Shown here: piece by piece, positions 34,035-44,582 of the stretch
How the letters are laid out: each line of letters opens with the position of its first letter
Position numbering within the stretch: position 1 is the stretch's first letter
Assembly (NCBI GenBank): GCA_902802905.1
Contig: CADCNT010000004.1
Location: forward strand, 13,073-77,072
Origin: an uncultured Erysipelotrichaceae bacterium
Lineage (GTDB): Bacteria; Bacillota_I; Bacilli_A; RFN20; CAG-826
Direction: 5' to 3'
Length of the DNA stretch: 64,000 bases
Translations under genes and position numbers: made by a program
Notes under the pieces: model-generated
The model's database searches: none
What the model was told of the DNA's origin: nothing
The model's input: only the letters and a program-made list of their open reading frames with translations

Positions 34035-36080
34035 TCAATTTCTTGTTTTTATTTTAATTAGGAAGAAAGCAGTTGTTCCTCCAATAAGAGTGAGAACACC
34101 AATTGTTACAGAAACAGCAATGATAATATCACTAGAATTGTTATTACTTTTTGGAGACTTATATGGATGAGGTTCAACTGGTTCTAAAGAAGGGAAGATA
34201 AAGTTTTCAAGTTCACTACTGCCATATCGATAGATCGCTAAATAATATTTATTCATGAATCTTTGATGATCATTAGTAGGGTTATCAGTATATTTAAATC
34301 CAATATTAGTGAATCTACTCTTATCTTCGATATAACCATAATTATCTTTATGAATTTCCCATAACGCTTTTAAAGATTCTAAAGAAGTGACCACATGATT
34401 ATTTTCATCAACTTCAATCGAGTTAATCATTCCATTAATGAATGGTTCTCCATAAGCGTCTTTAAAGATTAATTGATTACCAGTAGTAATGACGATATGA
34501 TACATCCCGACTTTATGGAAGATATAGTTAAAGGTGACATAACTATATTCAACATGTCCCCAGATATATTGACCTCCACTTGTTGTGGCAACAAAAATCG
34601 TTGATAAATCTTTATCCACTAAACCGAATTGATGTTCTTCATTTTCTTTTTCAACATAAAGATAGATTTCGGCTTGCCAAGATTCATCTGGAAGATTTTG
34701 ATTATTCATCTTAATGCCTGTATCTAATACATATTGTTTTGGATACACTCCATGGTCATTTTTGCCAGTGAAACAATAATAGTTGTCATTAAGATATTTA
34801 AGATATAAATGAGTGTTAGCCTCAAGTATTTTAGGAGTGTATTCAAATTCACAGTTCTCGTCTTTATACACTCCTACGAACCCTTTATATTCATAAGAAG
34901 GGGCTTCTGGAGTAAATTTCTCAGAGGCGTAAGCGACTTGAGAAGGGATTGTGTCCATATCGACTTTCGTTTTTCCATCATAATATAAACAAGTCAATTC
35001 AATCGTAAAAGCCTCGACATGAGGTTTAACAATGAACACTAAAGAATCATCTTCCATTAGGGAAAATACATCATAATTTCCACTTACTGTAAAAATAAAG
35101 GTATCTCCACTTATTTCTCCAAATGTTGTTTCTTGAGAAGAAGAAATACCGGCTTTCTTTTCCCATGGATGAGAATCATAAGAGAAATCTCTAACAGTAA
35201 TTAAATCATCTTTTTTGATTTCAAGATTACGATATTCGGCAAGATTATAACCACTGACATTGCTCATCTTAATTGAATCATAATATGTCCATTTTTCTAC
35301 ACCAGATAAGATACCGCTAATGTAATATCCTTCAAATTCAGGAGGAAAAACATATTCATCAACAACAAAACTATCTTCTTGAGTGACAAAGATATTTAAT
35401 GATTTAGAGTTTTCTCCAACAGAATATTTTTCACCATATATCTTCTCTTCATCATTAAAATAACTTCTGACATAAAATTCTTCATTAGCAATAGCGGCGT
35501 AATTAATGATTTCCGCTTTATCTCCATGAGTGCCTTCGGTTAATTTAATTGCATTTTTAAATTTCCAATCGGTTTTAGAACCAACTAAATAATATCCATC
35601 TCCTTCAGTAGGAACATCATCTTCATAATGTTCCCAGTGACCAGTTGCATGATAAGTGTCTAAATCCCACCACTCACCACTATCGAGAACATACATATTC
35701 TTTTTATCAGTAGGAATAGTAAGAGAAGGAGTATCTCCATTGATGAGTTCAGTTCCTTCTTCCCAAAGAGAATAGAAGTATACAGTTGTATATGTATATT
35801 CCTTAGGTAAAGTTAATCGATAAATATGATTAGTGTCATAATTAGGGACTTTTTTCATTTCCACATCATATGAATGTCCATCTCCATCATTGACCGCACA
35901 GTGGAGATATTGACTAAATGGGGCGGGATAATAAGTAACATCTAAATAGATGACGTTATTATTTTCAAGAGCGTCTACTTTCTTCGCTTGGTTATTTTGT
36001 TGATTAATTAATAAATAACTAAATGAAAGAGCAATAGTAGATAACCCCATTATTAATAAAGATGATATTTTCTTTTTCAT
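34035..36080 (-). CDS. Secreted surface protein with a signal peptide and a C-terminal TM anchor, 681 aa
   Basis: N-terminus MKKKISSLLIMGLSTIALSF. The C-terminus is hydrophobic (IIIAVSVTIGVLTLIGGTTAFFLI) followed by KIKTRN. Confidence 0.65.
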   Translation of the reverse strand: MKKKISSLLIMGLSTIALSFSYLLINQQNNQAKKVDALENNNVIYLDVTYYPAPFSQYLHCAVNDGDGHSYDVEMKKVPNYDTNHIYRLTLPKEYTYTTVYFYSLWEEGTELINGDTPSLTIPTDKKNMYVLDSGEWWDLDTYHATGHWEHYEDDVPTEGDGYYLVGSKTDWKFKNAIKLTEGTHGDKAEIINYAAIANEEFYVRSYFNDEEKIYGEKYSVGENSKSLNIFVTQEDSFVVDEYVFPPEFEGYYISGILSGVEKWTYYDSIKMSNVSGYNLAEYRNLEIKKDDLITVRDFSYDSHPWEKKAGISSSQETTFGEISGDTFIFTVSGNYDVFSLMEDDSLVFIVKPHVEAFTIELTCLYYDGKTKVDMDTIPSQVAYASEKFTPEAPSYEYKGFVGVYKDENCEFEYTPKILEANTHLYLKYLNDNYYCFTGKNDHGVYPKQYVLDTGIKMNNQNLPDESWQAEIYLYVEKENEEHQFGLVDKDLSTIFVATTSGGQYIWGHVEYSYVTFNYIFHKVGMYHIVITTGNQLIFKDAYGEPFINGMINSIEVDENNHVVTSLESLKALWEIHKDNYGYIEDKSRFTNIGFKYTDNPTNDHQRFMNKYYLAIYRYGSSELENFIFPSLEPVEPHPYKSPKSNNNSSDIIIAVSVTIGVLTLIGGTTAFFLIKIKTRN

Positions 36081-36167
36081 GATGATAACCTCTTTTTTTC
36101 TATTTTATATAAATAGGTGTCACAAAAGTGCCACATAGGTAAGATATAGATGTATGCCTGTAACGTA

Positions 36168-37091
36168 TCAGATTTTATTGCCGGATCCTTTACCAATATT
36201 TATTAAATAGTTTTCTAAATAGATATCATAAAGGATATCAACAGGTACTTTATTAGTTTTATATCTATTAGAAAGTAATGCAATGATATCAACAGGAATA
36301 TAGACATCATCACCTTCATAATAGAATTTAGATTCTAATGTTGCTAATTTAGCAATCGCATTAGAAATATTTGTAAATTCAAAATCAGGTGATTCCATAT
36401 AATACTTTTCAAGGTTTTTACTAATATATTTATTTGTTAGATTATGTAAAAATCTTAAAAGCTGACAAACTCCAAAGCTAATCGAAATCATTAATAATAA
36501 TGTAACTGGCCAAGGAATATAATCGTTCGTGTGATAATAATCATTCCAAATATGGGTGATAAAAACCATGATGAAATAAAAAAGCATATAAAGTATAACT
36601 GGCATAAGGGAGATAAACGAATAAGAAAACTTGATATGAGTATCAGAAATTACTAAAACAAAAAGGATAATAATTAAAATCGGATTGATTGTGTGCATAA
36701 ATAAGTTAGATCTTGTAAGCATTGCTTTTACAAAGCCTTGATAGCCAGTGATGATTGTTACCGCGGTAAAGAAAGTAATAAAAACACCTACAGCACCAAT
36801 ATACATTACGATCACAATCCAAGAAGGTAATTTATATCTATCTCTTCTTAAACCATCAATTTGGAAAGGTAAACACATCGCAGCGGCAAAAGCAGCGATG
36901 ATATTAGAAATAGTCGTAAACATTTTTAAAGTGCCAATACCGGCTTCTGAACTACCGCTATCGAAATAGTCAGATAGGCTTAAAGCTACAGCAACAAAGG
37001 TCACCACTATCACTAAAGAGCAAATGACGATTCCTGAGATGAAACGCATTTTGTTTATCTTTCTCGCATTAATAATCGGTTTATCTTTCAT
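36168..37091 (-). CDS. Polytopic membrane protein, 307 aa
   Basis: Multiple hydrophobic segments. Confidence 0.6.
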   Translation of the reverse strand: MKDKPIINARKINKMRFISGIVICSLVIVVTFVAVALSLSDYFDSGSSEAGIGTLKMFTTISNIIAAFAAAMCLPFQIDGLRRDRYKLPSWIVIVMYIGAVGVFITFFTAVTIITGYQGFVKAMLTRSNLFMHTINPILIIILFVLVISDTHIKFSYSFISLMPVILYMLFYFIMVFITHIWNDYYHTNDYIPWPVTLLLMISISFGVCQLLRFLHNLTNKYISKNLEKYYMESPDFEFTNISNAIAKLATLESKFYYEGDDVYIPVDIIALLSNRYKTNKVPVDILYDIYLENYLINIGKGSGNKI

Positions 37092-37139
37092 AACTATTCA
37101 ATTGTATCATGATTATCCAAATATTAAAATTTAAGCAAG

Positions 37140-37946
37140 ATGGATGAATTTTTACATTTTCTTCAAGGCACTATGGAAGAGCCAGAAATTATTTCTTGGT
37201 TCCATTTAATAGTGCTTATTCCTATTATTTGTGCCGCTATTCTTGTTCCTTACTTCCTTAAGAATACAAGTGAGAAAGTATATAAAAGGGTTTTATTTTT
37301 TTCTTGGATTGCTTTACTAATTTTAGAACTCTTCAAAGAGTTAGTTAAAGCATTTCATTATGGAAATCCTTCTTACTGGGAATATAGCGTTAGAGATTTC
37401 CCATTTAGCATCTGCTCAATGGTCTACTATTTCATCCCTATTGTTATTTTTGTGAATAAAGAAAAACACCCAAAGATTGTGGACGCTGCTAATGGGTATT
37501 TATGTTTTATTACTTTAGTGATGGGAGTTATCGTTTGTATTTATTCTAAAATGGCTACTTCCACTCTTATTTATATCAATGTGCAAACATTTATTCATCA
37601 TGGCTCACAAATAGTTTTAGGGGTTTTAGTTTTTGTCTGGAATAGAAAAAACATCAATATTAAAACATTATATCGTTCCCTAATTGCTTTTCTAATTACA
37701 GCCTCAATCGCGATTATTATCAATTTTGCGTTTTATCCACGCTATATTAATATGTTTTTTATTAATCCGATAATAATTACTAATTTACCACTTGGAAATA
37801 TTGTTCAAGAAAAAGCTGGATATCCAGTTTATCTATTAGGGTTCCTCTCTTCGGTTGCGTTAGTTTCTTTTTTAACTTATCTTGTAGAAACTTCTATATA
37901 TAAATTTATAAGTAAAAAGATTAATGCTGCATCATCTACTAACTAG
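37140..37946 (+). CDS. Integral membrane protein (YwaF/TIGR02206-like), 268 aa
   Basis: Seven to eight hydrophobic helices. The resemblance to the YwaF family is weak. Confidence 0.55.
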   Translation: MDEFLHFLQGTMEEPEIISWFHLIVLIPIICAAILVPYFLKNTSEKVYKRVLFFSWIALLILELFKELVKAFHYGNPSYWEYSVRDFPFSICSMVYYFIPIVIFVNKEKHPKIVDAANGYLCFITLVMGVIVCIYSKMATSTLIYINVQTFIHHGSQIVLGVLVFVWNRKNINIKTLYRSLIAFLITASIAIIINFAFYPRYINMFFINPIIITNLPLGNIVQEKAGYPVYLLGFLSSVALVSFLTYLVETSIYKFISKKINAASSTN

Positions 37947-38045
37947 CATTACTCCATTTGTTTAGTGTGAACTTACCCGGCAATTGAATAACCGAGGATT
38001 CCAGTTTATTGTCCTAAATCAACAACATAAGTAAAAATGTACAAA

Positions 38046-38105
38046 AACCGCAAGTTTGGATTAAACAAAACCGCAAGTTTGGCACAGTTTTAACCGCAAG
38101 TTTGG
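38046..38105. repeat. Three direct copies of AACCGCAAGTTTGG at 23-bp spacing
   Basis: Copies at 38046, 38069 and 38092. They lie between two convergent gene ends, just before a bidirectional terminator. Confidence 0.6.
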
Positions 38106-38144
38106 CTAATGGTTATTTTTAAAAAACCATAAAATGGATTGACG

Positions 38145-38178
38145 CAAAAAACCCATCGGAACCCCGATGGATTTCTTT
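38145..38178. terminator. Bidirectional Rho-independent terminator
   Basis: AAAAA-CCCATCGG-AACC-CCGATGG-ATTTCTTT. Confidence 0.6.
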
Positions 38179-38191
38179 GCTATATTTTTAT

Positions 38192-39748
38192 CTATTGGTG
38201 ATTCTCGACTTGTTTTAGATTAATCGCATCAACGATTTCTTGATACTTCTTTTCATCAATCTTGAAGACGAACATTGATAGTATCAAACTGATGATAAGT
38301 AAGGCTAACGGGACCCAAATCATACCAATGGAGAAGACCATCCACTGCCCATTAGTGATACCTGCTCTTGCATTATCAATCTTTTCCACTAATTCGGCAC
38401 TTGTCATACTTCCACTAGCGAGTTCAGCTTCGGCATTAGAAATTACTTGCGAAATCGCGTATAAACCAGAAAGCAATAATGTTAAGAAGATTAGTAATCT
38501 TTGAATTGCGCTAGCGAACTTCGCGGATAATGCACGCATTGAGGAGACTAAAGCTTCTTTTCTTTCTCCATACTTATATTGATTGTATTCAATTGTGGAT
38601 TGCATCTGCATGATGACGGCAACAGCAACTAAGCCTTGACCAAAGAACATCACTACTCCAGTAGCATATAATATCCATATCGTCCAAGTCTTAGGATTAG
38701 CGACTATCTCGCTACCAAATACTGGGAAGCCCACAAAGAAGAAGGTGAGATAAGCAATCACAATTGTGATAAATGATATGGTTAATATCTTCTTTCTAGT
38801 AAGTTTTCTAGAAATAAGAGGATAGATGATTTGCGCAAGTAAAGTACCTATCGCATACATCACCGTAAACAAAAATTGAATCGAACCACCAGCATCAGAG
38901 CCATAACCAAATCGTAAATAGAAATAATATAGTCCAAAGCCGACAACTGTGCCACTACCTAAATAGTTAAGTAAGATCGCGATAATATTAATTCTAAATT
39001 GGTCGTTCCTCTTAAAGAGGGTGAACATATCTTTGAATTTAACTTCTTCTGGTTTTTCTTCATTTTCATCTCGTTTATGTTCTTTACAGAAGAGGACTAA
39101 TACGATCTGTGATATCAAGAATAAAGTCGTTACAACGGCAGCAATAATGCCATATATTGTTTGCGCGGACACTCCTTCAAAAGCGCCCACAAGCATAGGT
39201 ACGGCCCCATAAACTGAGAAGACACCAACAGAGATACAGATTTGCATGATAGATGTAATCTTGTTACGACGTTTCTCATCTTTAGTTAGGGAAGGGAGCA
39301 TACTCCAATAAGCAATATCATTAATTGTCCAAGCAATATCCCATAAGAAATAGAAGACAGCGAATAAAGCCACAAAGCCCCAGCCACGTGGATGGGCTAA
39401 GAATAAGGTTAAGACCACACCAGTGTTAAGTAGACCACCAATTAAAATCCAAGGTTTATATTTGCCCCATTTAAAGTGGACTTTTTCCACTATCCAACCC
39501 ATAATCGGGTCGTTAATGCCGTCCCACACCAAGCAAACAATCGTGATTACACTGATAACAGCGATTTGACCCATGAATGCTTTTGGATCACTATCAAGAA
39601 CACCTGATAAAGTGATATAGGTGATTAAGAAAGCAGACACTAATTGGTAACATGCATCACGGAATATCGATGCTCCGCAATATATCGCACTCGTGCTTTT
39701 TGGAGGGACATCACCTTCATAGGTTTTGTTGACATTGAATAGTCTCAT
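38192..39748 (-). CDS. GPH-family glycoside:cation symporter (MelB/LacS-like) with a C-terminal extension
   Basis: Twelve TM segments. The conserved GPH N-terminal region DGINDPIMGWIVEKVHFKWGKYKPWILIGG is present. Confidence 0.75.
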   Translation of the reverse strand: MRLFNVNKTYEGDVPPKSTSAIYCGASIFRDACYQLVSAFLITYITLSGVLDSDPKAFMGQIAVISVITIVCLVWDGINDPIMGWIVEKVHFKWGKYKPWILIGGLLNTGVVLTLFLAHPRGWGFVALFAVFYFLWDIAWTINDIAYWSMLPSLTKDEKRRNKITSIMQICISVGVFSVYGAVPMLVGAFEGVSAQTIYGIIAAVVTTLFLISQIVLVLFCKEHKRDENEEKPEEVKFKDMFTLFKRNDQFRINIIAILLNYLGSGTVVGFGLYYFYLRFGYGSDAGGSIQFLFTVMYAIGTLLAQIIYPLISRKLTRKKILTISFITIVIAYLTFFFVGFPVFGSEIVANPKTWTIWILYATGVVMFFGQGLVAVAVIMQMQSTIEYNQYKYGERKEALVSSMRALSAKFASAIQRLLIFLTLLLSGLYAISQVISNAEAELASGSMTSAELVEKIDNARAGITNGQWMVFSIGMIWVPLALLIISLILSMFVFKIDEKKYQEIVDAINLKQVENHQ

Positions 39749-39755
39749 ATTTTAA

Positions 39756-41417
39756 TTAAACTCCTTTAATATATATACGACATTCAAATGGTTGTAATTT
39801 ATCTTTATGCTCCTGATAGTTAGATAAGAGCAATTGATAATTATCTAAGCTAGAAATAGGACACTTAGTGTCTTTTTTAGCAAATGAACAAATGACTAAA
39901 AGTTGTTCCTTGCCTAATGTTCTGGTGTAGATAAATAAATCTTTATTTCGTTTATATAATAAATCAAATTTTCCTTCGATGACTACTTTATATTTTTTTC
40001 TGATTTCAATCATTCTTTTATAAAAATGGAATAATGAATCGTTATCTTTTAATTCATCTTCAACATTACGATCAATATTATCTAAAGTGCCGTTTAGCCA
40101 AGGAGTCACTTTAGAAAAACCAAAGTAATCTTGTTTGCTCCACTGCATTGGGGTGCGGGCGTTATCTCTACTGACATCAAATAAGTGTTTACCAATTAAG
40201 GCATTTAGGAAACGACTCTTCTTAGTCATGTTATAAATGTTATGGATTTCCACATCTTGATATTCATCAATAGATTTAAAAGAAGGATTTCTCATTCCTA
40301 TTTCTTGACCTTGATAAATAAATGGCGTTCCTTGTAGGAAGAAATAAGACGCGCCTAACGATTTAGAAGATGTTATGGATAATGGGCCTCTTTCTAAAGT
40401 GCCATATCTACCCACACTTCTTCGTTGGTCATGATTTTCAATAAATAAGGAATTCCATCCTTTTTGATATAAGCCGTATTGATATTTTGCGAGTCTATTT
40501 TTAAATCTTGTTAACTTAAAGTCTCGATATAAATATTTAACTCCTAGATAATTATCGACATCTGTATGGGAGAAATTGAATATCATATCTAGTTCTTTTC
40601 TTTCTGGGTCCACTAGTGAGAGAGTGTCTTTTAAAGAACATAAGACTGATTCTCCTACGGTCATACAGTCATAATCAGAGTACGCTCTATCATATAGTTC
40701 TCTTAGGTATGTATGTAGCTTAGGGCCCATCACATATGCATCTTTGCCGCATAAGGCAATTGTTGGGAATCTTGATTTAAAGTCTTGTTTCTTACTAATA
40801 AGAGTAATGACGTCACATCTAAAGCCGTCCACTCCCATATCTAGCCAATATCTAAGGATATCCACTATTTCATCTCTAACTTTTGGATTCTCCCAGTTTA
40901 GATCAGGTTGTTCTTTGGTAAATAGATGGAGATAATATTCGTCACTTTCTCCAATTCTTTCCCAGGTGGAACCACCAAAGAAACCAGTCCAGTTAGTTGG
41001 AGGTTTCTTTCCGTTTTTCTTCCCTTTTTTAATGATGTAATAGTCTCTATATGGAGAGTTTTTATCACTTATAGCACTCTTAAACCAAGGATGCTCATTA
41101 GAAGTATGATTAACCACAAGATCCATGATTAATCTGATGCCTCTTTTATGCATCTCAGAAAGCATCTTTTTAAAGTCTTCTAATGTACCAAATGGTTTAT
41201 AGATATCGCGATAATTAGAAATATCATAACCATTATCTTTTTGTGGGGAATCATAGACTGGAGATAACCACACACAGTTAACACCTAACTCTTTTAGATA
41301 ATCTAGTTTAGAAATAATGCCCGGAATATCTCCTAAGCCATCATTATTTGCGTCACAAAAAGAACGTGGATAAATTTGGTAAATGATTGCGTCTTTATAC
41401 CAAAGAGTATGTTTCAT
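39756..41417 (-). CDS. GH13 alpha-glucosidase / oligo-1,6-glucosidase, 553 aa
   Basis: IIYQIYPRSFCDANNDGLGDIPGI...GVNCVWLSPVY...GIRLIMDLVVNHTSNEHPWF...GFRCDVI. Confidence 0.85.
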   Translation of the reverse strand: MKHTLWYKDAIIYQIYPRSFCDANNDGLGDIPGIISKLDYLKELGVNCVWLSPVYDSPQKDNGYDISNYRDIYKPFGTLEDFKKMLSEMHKRGIRLIMDLVVNHTSNEHPWFKSAISDKNSPYRDYYIIKKGKKNGKKPPTNWTGFFGGSTWERIGESDEYYLHLFTKEQPDLNWENPKVRDEIVDILRYWLDMGVDGFRCDVITLISKKQDFKSRFPTIALCGKDAYVMGPKLHTYLRELYDRAYSDYDCMTVGESVLCSLKDTLSLVDPERKELDMIFNFSHTDVDNYLGVKYLYRDFKLTRFKNRLAKYQYGLYQKGWNSLFIENHDQRRSVGRYGTLERGPLSITSSKSLGASYFFLQGTPFIYQGQEIGMRNPSFKSIDEYQDVEIHNIYNMTKKSRFLNALIGKHLFDVSRDNARTPMQWSKQDYFGFSKVTPWLNGTLDNIDRNVEDELKDNDSLFHFYKRMIEIRKKYKVVIEGKFDLLYKRNKDLFIYTRTLGKEQLLVICSFAKKDTKCPISSLDNYQLLLSNYQEHKDKLQPFECRIYIKGV

Positions 41418-41429
41418 AAGTATTAAACT

Positions 41430-41708
41430 CTATTTCACCTTTTTCATTTCGTATTCAGATTTATTGTTCTCTTCACTCACTTTAAGGGTGAACTTATCTG
41501 GCTTAGTTTCCACTAATTCGATGATTCTACCTTTATATCTAATTTTGAATGATGTTTCATCTTTGAAATCAGATAAATCAAAAGAGACGCCTTCATCAAT
41601 TCTTACATAATATGTTTTTGTGTCTTCACCTTCTAAAGTACGACAAAAGACTTGCTTGTCTTCTTTCTTTGCTTTAAATGTTCTTTTAACTAATTTTTCT
41701 TCTTCCAT
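41430..41708 (-). CDS. Small hypothetical protein, 92 aa
   Basis: ORF in operon context. Confidence 0.45.
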   Translation of the reverse strand: MEEEKLVKRTFKAKKEDKQVFCRTLEGEDTKTYYVRIDEGVSFDLSDFKDETSFKIRYKGRIIELVETKPDKFTLKVSEENNKSEYEMKKVK

Positions 41709-41717
41709 ATTTTTTCC

Positions 41718-42524
41718 TTATAGCACCACTATATCAACTGATAGTAAGCCGTCCTCTTTTCTAGTTCTCCAAAATGGTCGAGATTTAATGTTTCCCATTA
41801 AGTTAGATGAACTATCAAATTTATCGGCTTTCCAAATGCTTTGTTTATCTTTAGAACTATCTTGATATCGTAATATGATGTGTGCAGATTTTCTTAATAA
41901 GAACTGCTTTTTAAACTCATTGATGTCACTTGGGACCATATTAATAGGAACATCCCCAGATACTTTCTTGCTACTTCTTGGAGTTAAACCAATTAACTTA
42001 ATTGCGTTAGCAATTCTATTTTCCTGTTGTGCACGAATCTCATCGTATATTTTTTTAAAATATGGGCTTAAAACTTTTTGAATGGCTTCTGGATCATATC
42101 CACATTCCTTTTGGAAATCTTTTATTTTCTTTAATCTAGCTTCTCTTTCTTCCCTAGGAAGATCGCCAAGAACTTCTTTATCATTTAGTAAAAATTCTTC
42201 AGCAGTTTTCTTACCTTTTTTACTATTTGCTTTTTTCGTAACATAAACCAAATTGCCAAGAACATTTAAACCACAATAATCTCTATTTTGTGGCACGATA
42301 TGATCAATCGCATAGTCACCTTGACCTTTTTGTATTGCGTCTGTTAAATCTTCTCCTGTATATGGACATTTCCACTGGAAATAATCTAGTGTCTTTTTCA
42401 TTTCCACTGCAGTAAATTTGCCATACGCTTCCCTACTGATGCCAGTAAGGATGTTTCTTACTGCTTGATTTGACACATCGCCAAATTCAAAACCTCTTGC
42501 GGCTTTTGGTAACTTAATTTTCAT
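41718..42524 (-). CDS. HNH endonuclease-domain protein, 268 aa
   Basis: HNH motif CPYTGEDL...YAIDHIVPQNRDYCGLNVLGNLVYVTKKANSKKG (DHIVPQ + N). Confidence 0.65.
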   Translation of the reverse strand: MKIKLPKAARGFEFGDVSNQAVRNILTGISREAYGKFTAVEMKKTLDYFQWKCPYTGEDLTDAIQKGQGDYAIDHIVPQNRDYCGLNVLGNLVYVTKKANSKKGKKTAEEFLLNDKEVLGDLPREEREARLKKIKDFQKECGYDPEAIQKVLSPYFKKIYDEIRAQQENRIANAIKLIGLTPRSSKKVSGDVPINMVPSDINEFKKQFLLRKSAHIILRYQDSSKDKQSIWKADKFDSSSNLMGNIKSRPFWRTRKEDGLLSVDIVVL

Positions 42525-42540
42525 AAGTTAAATTCTCCTT

Positions 42541-42996
42541 TTAATTCCACCCGTCCAAACATTGAAAATAATAATCGAACTTATTTTCTTTCATCACTAT
42601 TAGAGCCTCAGTGAAGAAATCGGTGATCTTTGCTAGATGCTCCATATACCATTTTCCAAAGTCTGGACTATTAGGAAATGTTATTTTATGGTTCAAAATA
42701 AAAGTAAATACATCCGTTAAGATTTTAATCACTTTTGTTTTATCAACTTCTCTTAGAGAAAAACTATAATATGAAACGCTAGAATTCTTCTCGAATTTCA
42801 CTTCATTTTTTTCTAAGCAATTAGTGGAGTTAGCAGCACCAAAACGTAAAAGTTCTTTAATGATTGTGAAAAAACTATCTGGTTCTTCTATCTTATCTAA
42901 AACAACGGAAATGTCGGTGTGGCCTTGAAAAGGGCCATACACTTCGGTTGTACTTATATTTAGTTTTCTAATATACATATCGTTTAGCCTCGACAT
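42541..42996 (-). CDS. Hypothetical protein, 151 aa
   Basis: ORF in operon. Confidence 0.45.
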   Translation of the reverse strand: MSRLNDMYIRKLNISTTEVYGPFQGHTDISVVLDKIEEPDSFFTIIKELLRFGAANSTNCLEKNEVKFEKNSSVSYYSFSLREVDKTKVIKILTDVFTFILNHKITFPNSPDFGKWYMEHLAKITDFFTEALIVMKENKFDYYFQCLDGWN

Positions 42997-43002
42997 TTCA
43001 TT

Positions 43003-43812
43003 TTATAGATAAACATCTCCATCAGAGCATTTAATAATTTTGATTGAGGAATCTAAATTCCATTCGAATACTTTTTCTATTGAGTTCCACTCCTCTTTAT
43101 TGCCTTTATATGTGATTGATTTTAAAGACACACAGCCTTCAAAAGCGTACTCATCAATAAAAGTAACACTTTCTGGAATAACAACAGAGGATAAAGAGGA
43201 ACAGCCTCTAAAGCATTCAGTATTTAATGACGTAACTGATTCCGGAATAACAATTTCTTTTAAAAGCGAACAATGTAAAAACGCACCTGCAGGTATTTCC
43301 TCAATGGAACTAGGGATACTTATACTAGTTAGTTGCGAGCAGCAAAAAGCATATTCGTCTATTTCGATAACGCTACTTGGAATAGCGTAGTGTCCTTCTT
43401 TTTTAGCTGGACAGCATATTAATGATTCTAGTTTTTTATCGAAAAGAACTTCATCAATGGAAGCGTAGTCTTTATTCTTTTGATCCACTTTAATTGAAAC
43501 AAGCGACTTACATAAGTAAAAAGCAGTATAACCAATATTAGTCACACTAGCGGGAATATTTATAGAAACAAGGGATTCACAACCACGAAAAGCGTCATCA
43601 CCAATGCTAGTAACTCCGTTTGGAATAGAGATTGATTCTAATGATGCACAATCTTCAAAAGCGCCCTCACCAATCGCACTAACTCCTTCTGGGATAACTG
43701 CTTTCACAATATTTTTATTAACGCATTTAGTTAAAACATCATGTCCCACTAAAACATCGTCTTCAATAATAAAATCTTTATTTTCCATAATTGTTATTTC
43801 AAAAGCGAGCAA
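43003..43812 (-). CDS. BspA-type leucine-rich-repeat protein, with no signal peptide, 269 aa
   Basis: Repeats IPxxVTSIGxxAFxxCxSL. Confidence 0.65.
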   Translation of the reverse strand: MLAFEITIMENKDFIIEDDVLVGHDVLTKCVNKNIVKAVIPEGVSAIGEGAFEDCASLESISIPNGVTSIGDDAFRGCESLVSINIPASVTNIGYTAFYLCKSLVSIKVDQKNKDYASIDEVLFDKKLESLICCPAKKEGHYAIPSSVIEIDEYAFCCSQLTSISIPSSIEEIPAGAFLHCSLLKEIVIPESVTSLNTECFRGCSSLSSVVIPESVTFIDEYAFEGCVSLKSITYKGNKEEWNSIEKVFEWNLDSSIKIIKCSDGDVYL

Positions 43813-44375
43813 TTCTCATCATCGTCTAATATAGAGAGATGGTCATAGAATTTATCTTCATCAGTTTCTACTTCTTCTAACAATTCATCTAATTGTTTTT
43901 TAGTGAGGAAGATTGGTTCAAAAACAAAGACAGGGTGTAATTCATCATCATCCATATCAACATAAACTGGATCTCCGCCATTTCTAACAGCAAGTGCGTA
44001 ACCACGTTTTCCAAAATGCTGATAAAACTCTTTATTTGTCACAAATAATGAAGGATATAATACCGTGCCATTACAACAGCCGACATCATATTCTTGTTCC
44101 ATTAATTCTCTATGGAATTCTTTTAATAGTTTCATACCCTCTTCGTCTTTTAAAAATTCCTTAGAGATTGAAATCACAGCCTCAATAGATTCTTCTCTAA
44201 TTAGAGACGCTCCAGCAGACACCATCATCACGACATCCTTATTATCCTTGCTTTGCATTACTGCACATTTAACACCATTTTTCTCGTCGTGATAAATCTC
44301 TAATGGCATTTTTTCTAAATAAAAATTGTATGCATAAAAATTCAAAATCTTTTGTGCATATTTTTCTTTGTCCAT
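43794..44375 (-). CDS. Hypothetical protein, 193 aa
   Basis: First gene of the minus-strand operon 44375->38192. Confidence 0.5.
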   Translation of the reverse strand: MDKEKYAQKILNFYAYNFYLEKMPLEIYHDEKNGVKCAVMQSKDNKDVVMMVSAGASLIREESIEAVISISKEFLKDEEGMKLLKEFHRELMEQEYDVGCCNGTVLYPSLFVTNKEFYQHFGKRGYALAVRNGGDPVYVDMDDDELHPVFVFEPIFLTKKQLDELLEEVETDEDKFYDHLSILDDDENCSLLK

Positions 44376-44535
44376 ATTAAACCCTCTTTATGTAAATTCT
44401 TACCATTATTATATCTCAAGTGAGATAAATTATGGTTTATCTATTTATTTCTATTATTTAGTTTGAGGCTTATTTATTTGCAATTGTTACGTGAATCATT
44501 TTGTGGCAAAAACATGCATTTTGTTTCACATAAAT

Positions 44536-44566
44536 AAAAACGACAGTGTTTCCTGTCGCTTTTTTG
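44536..44566. terminator. Rho-independent terminator
   Basis: Stem CGACAG-TGTTTC-CTGTCG, flanked by an A-run and a T-run. Confidence 0.55.
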
Positions 44567-44582
44567 CTTTATTTATTTTGAA

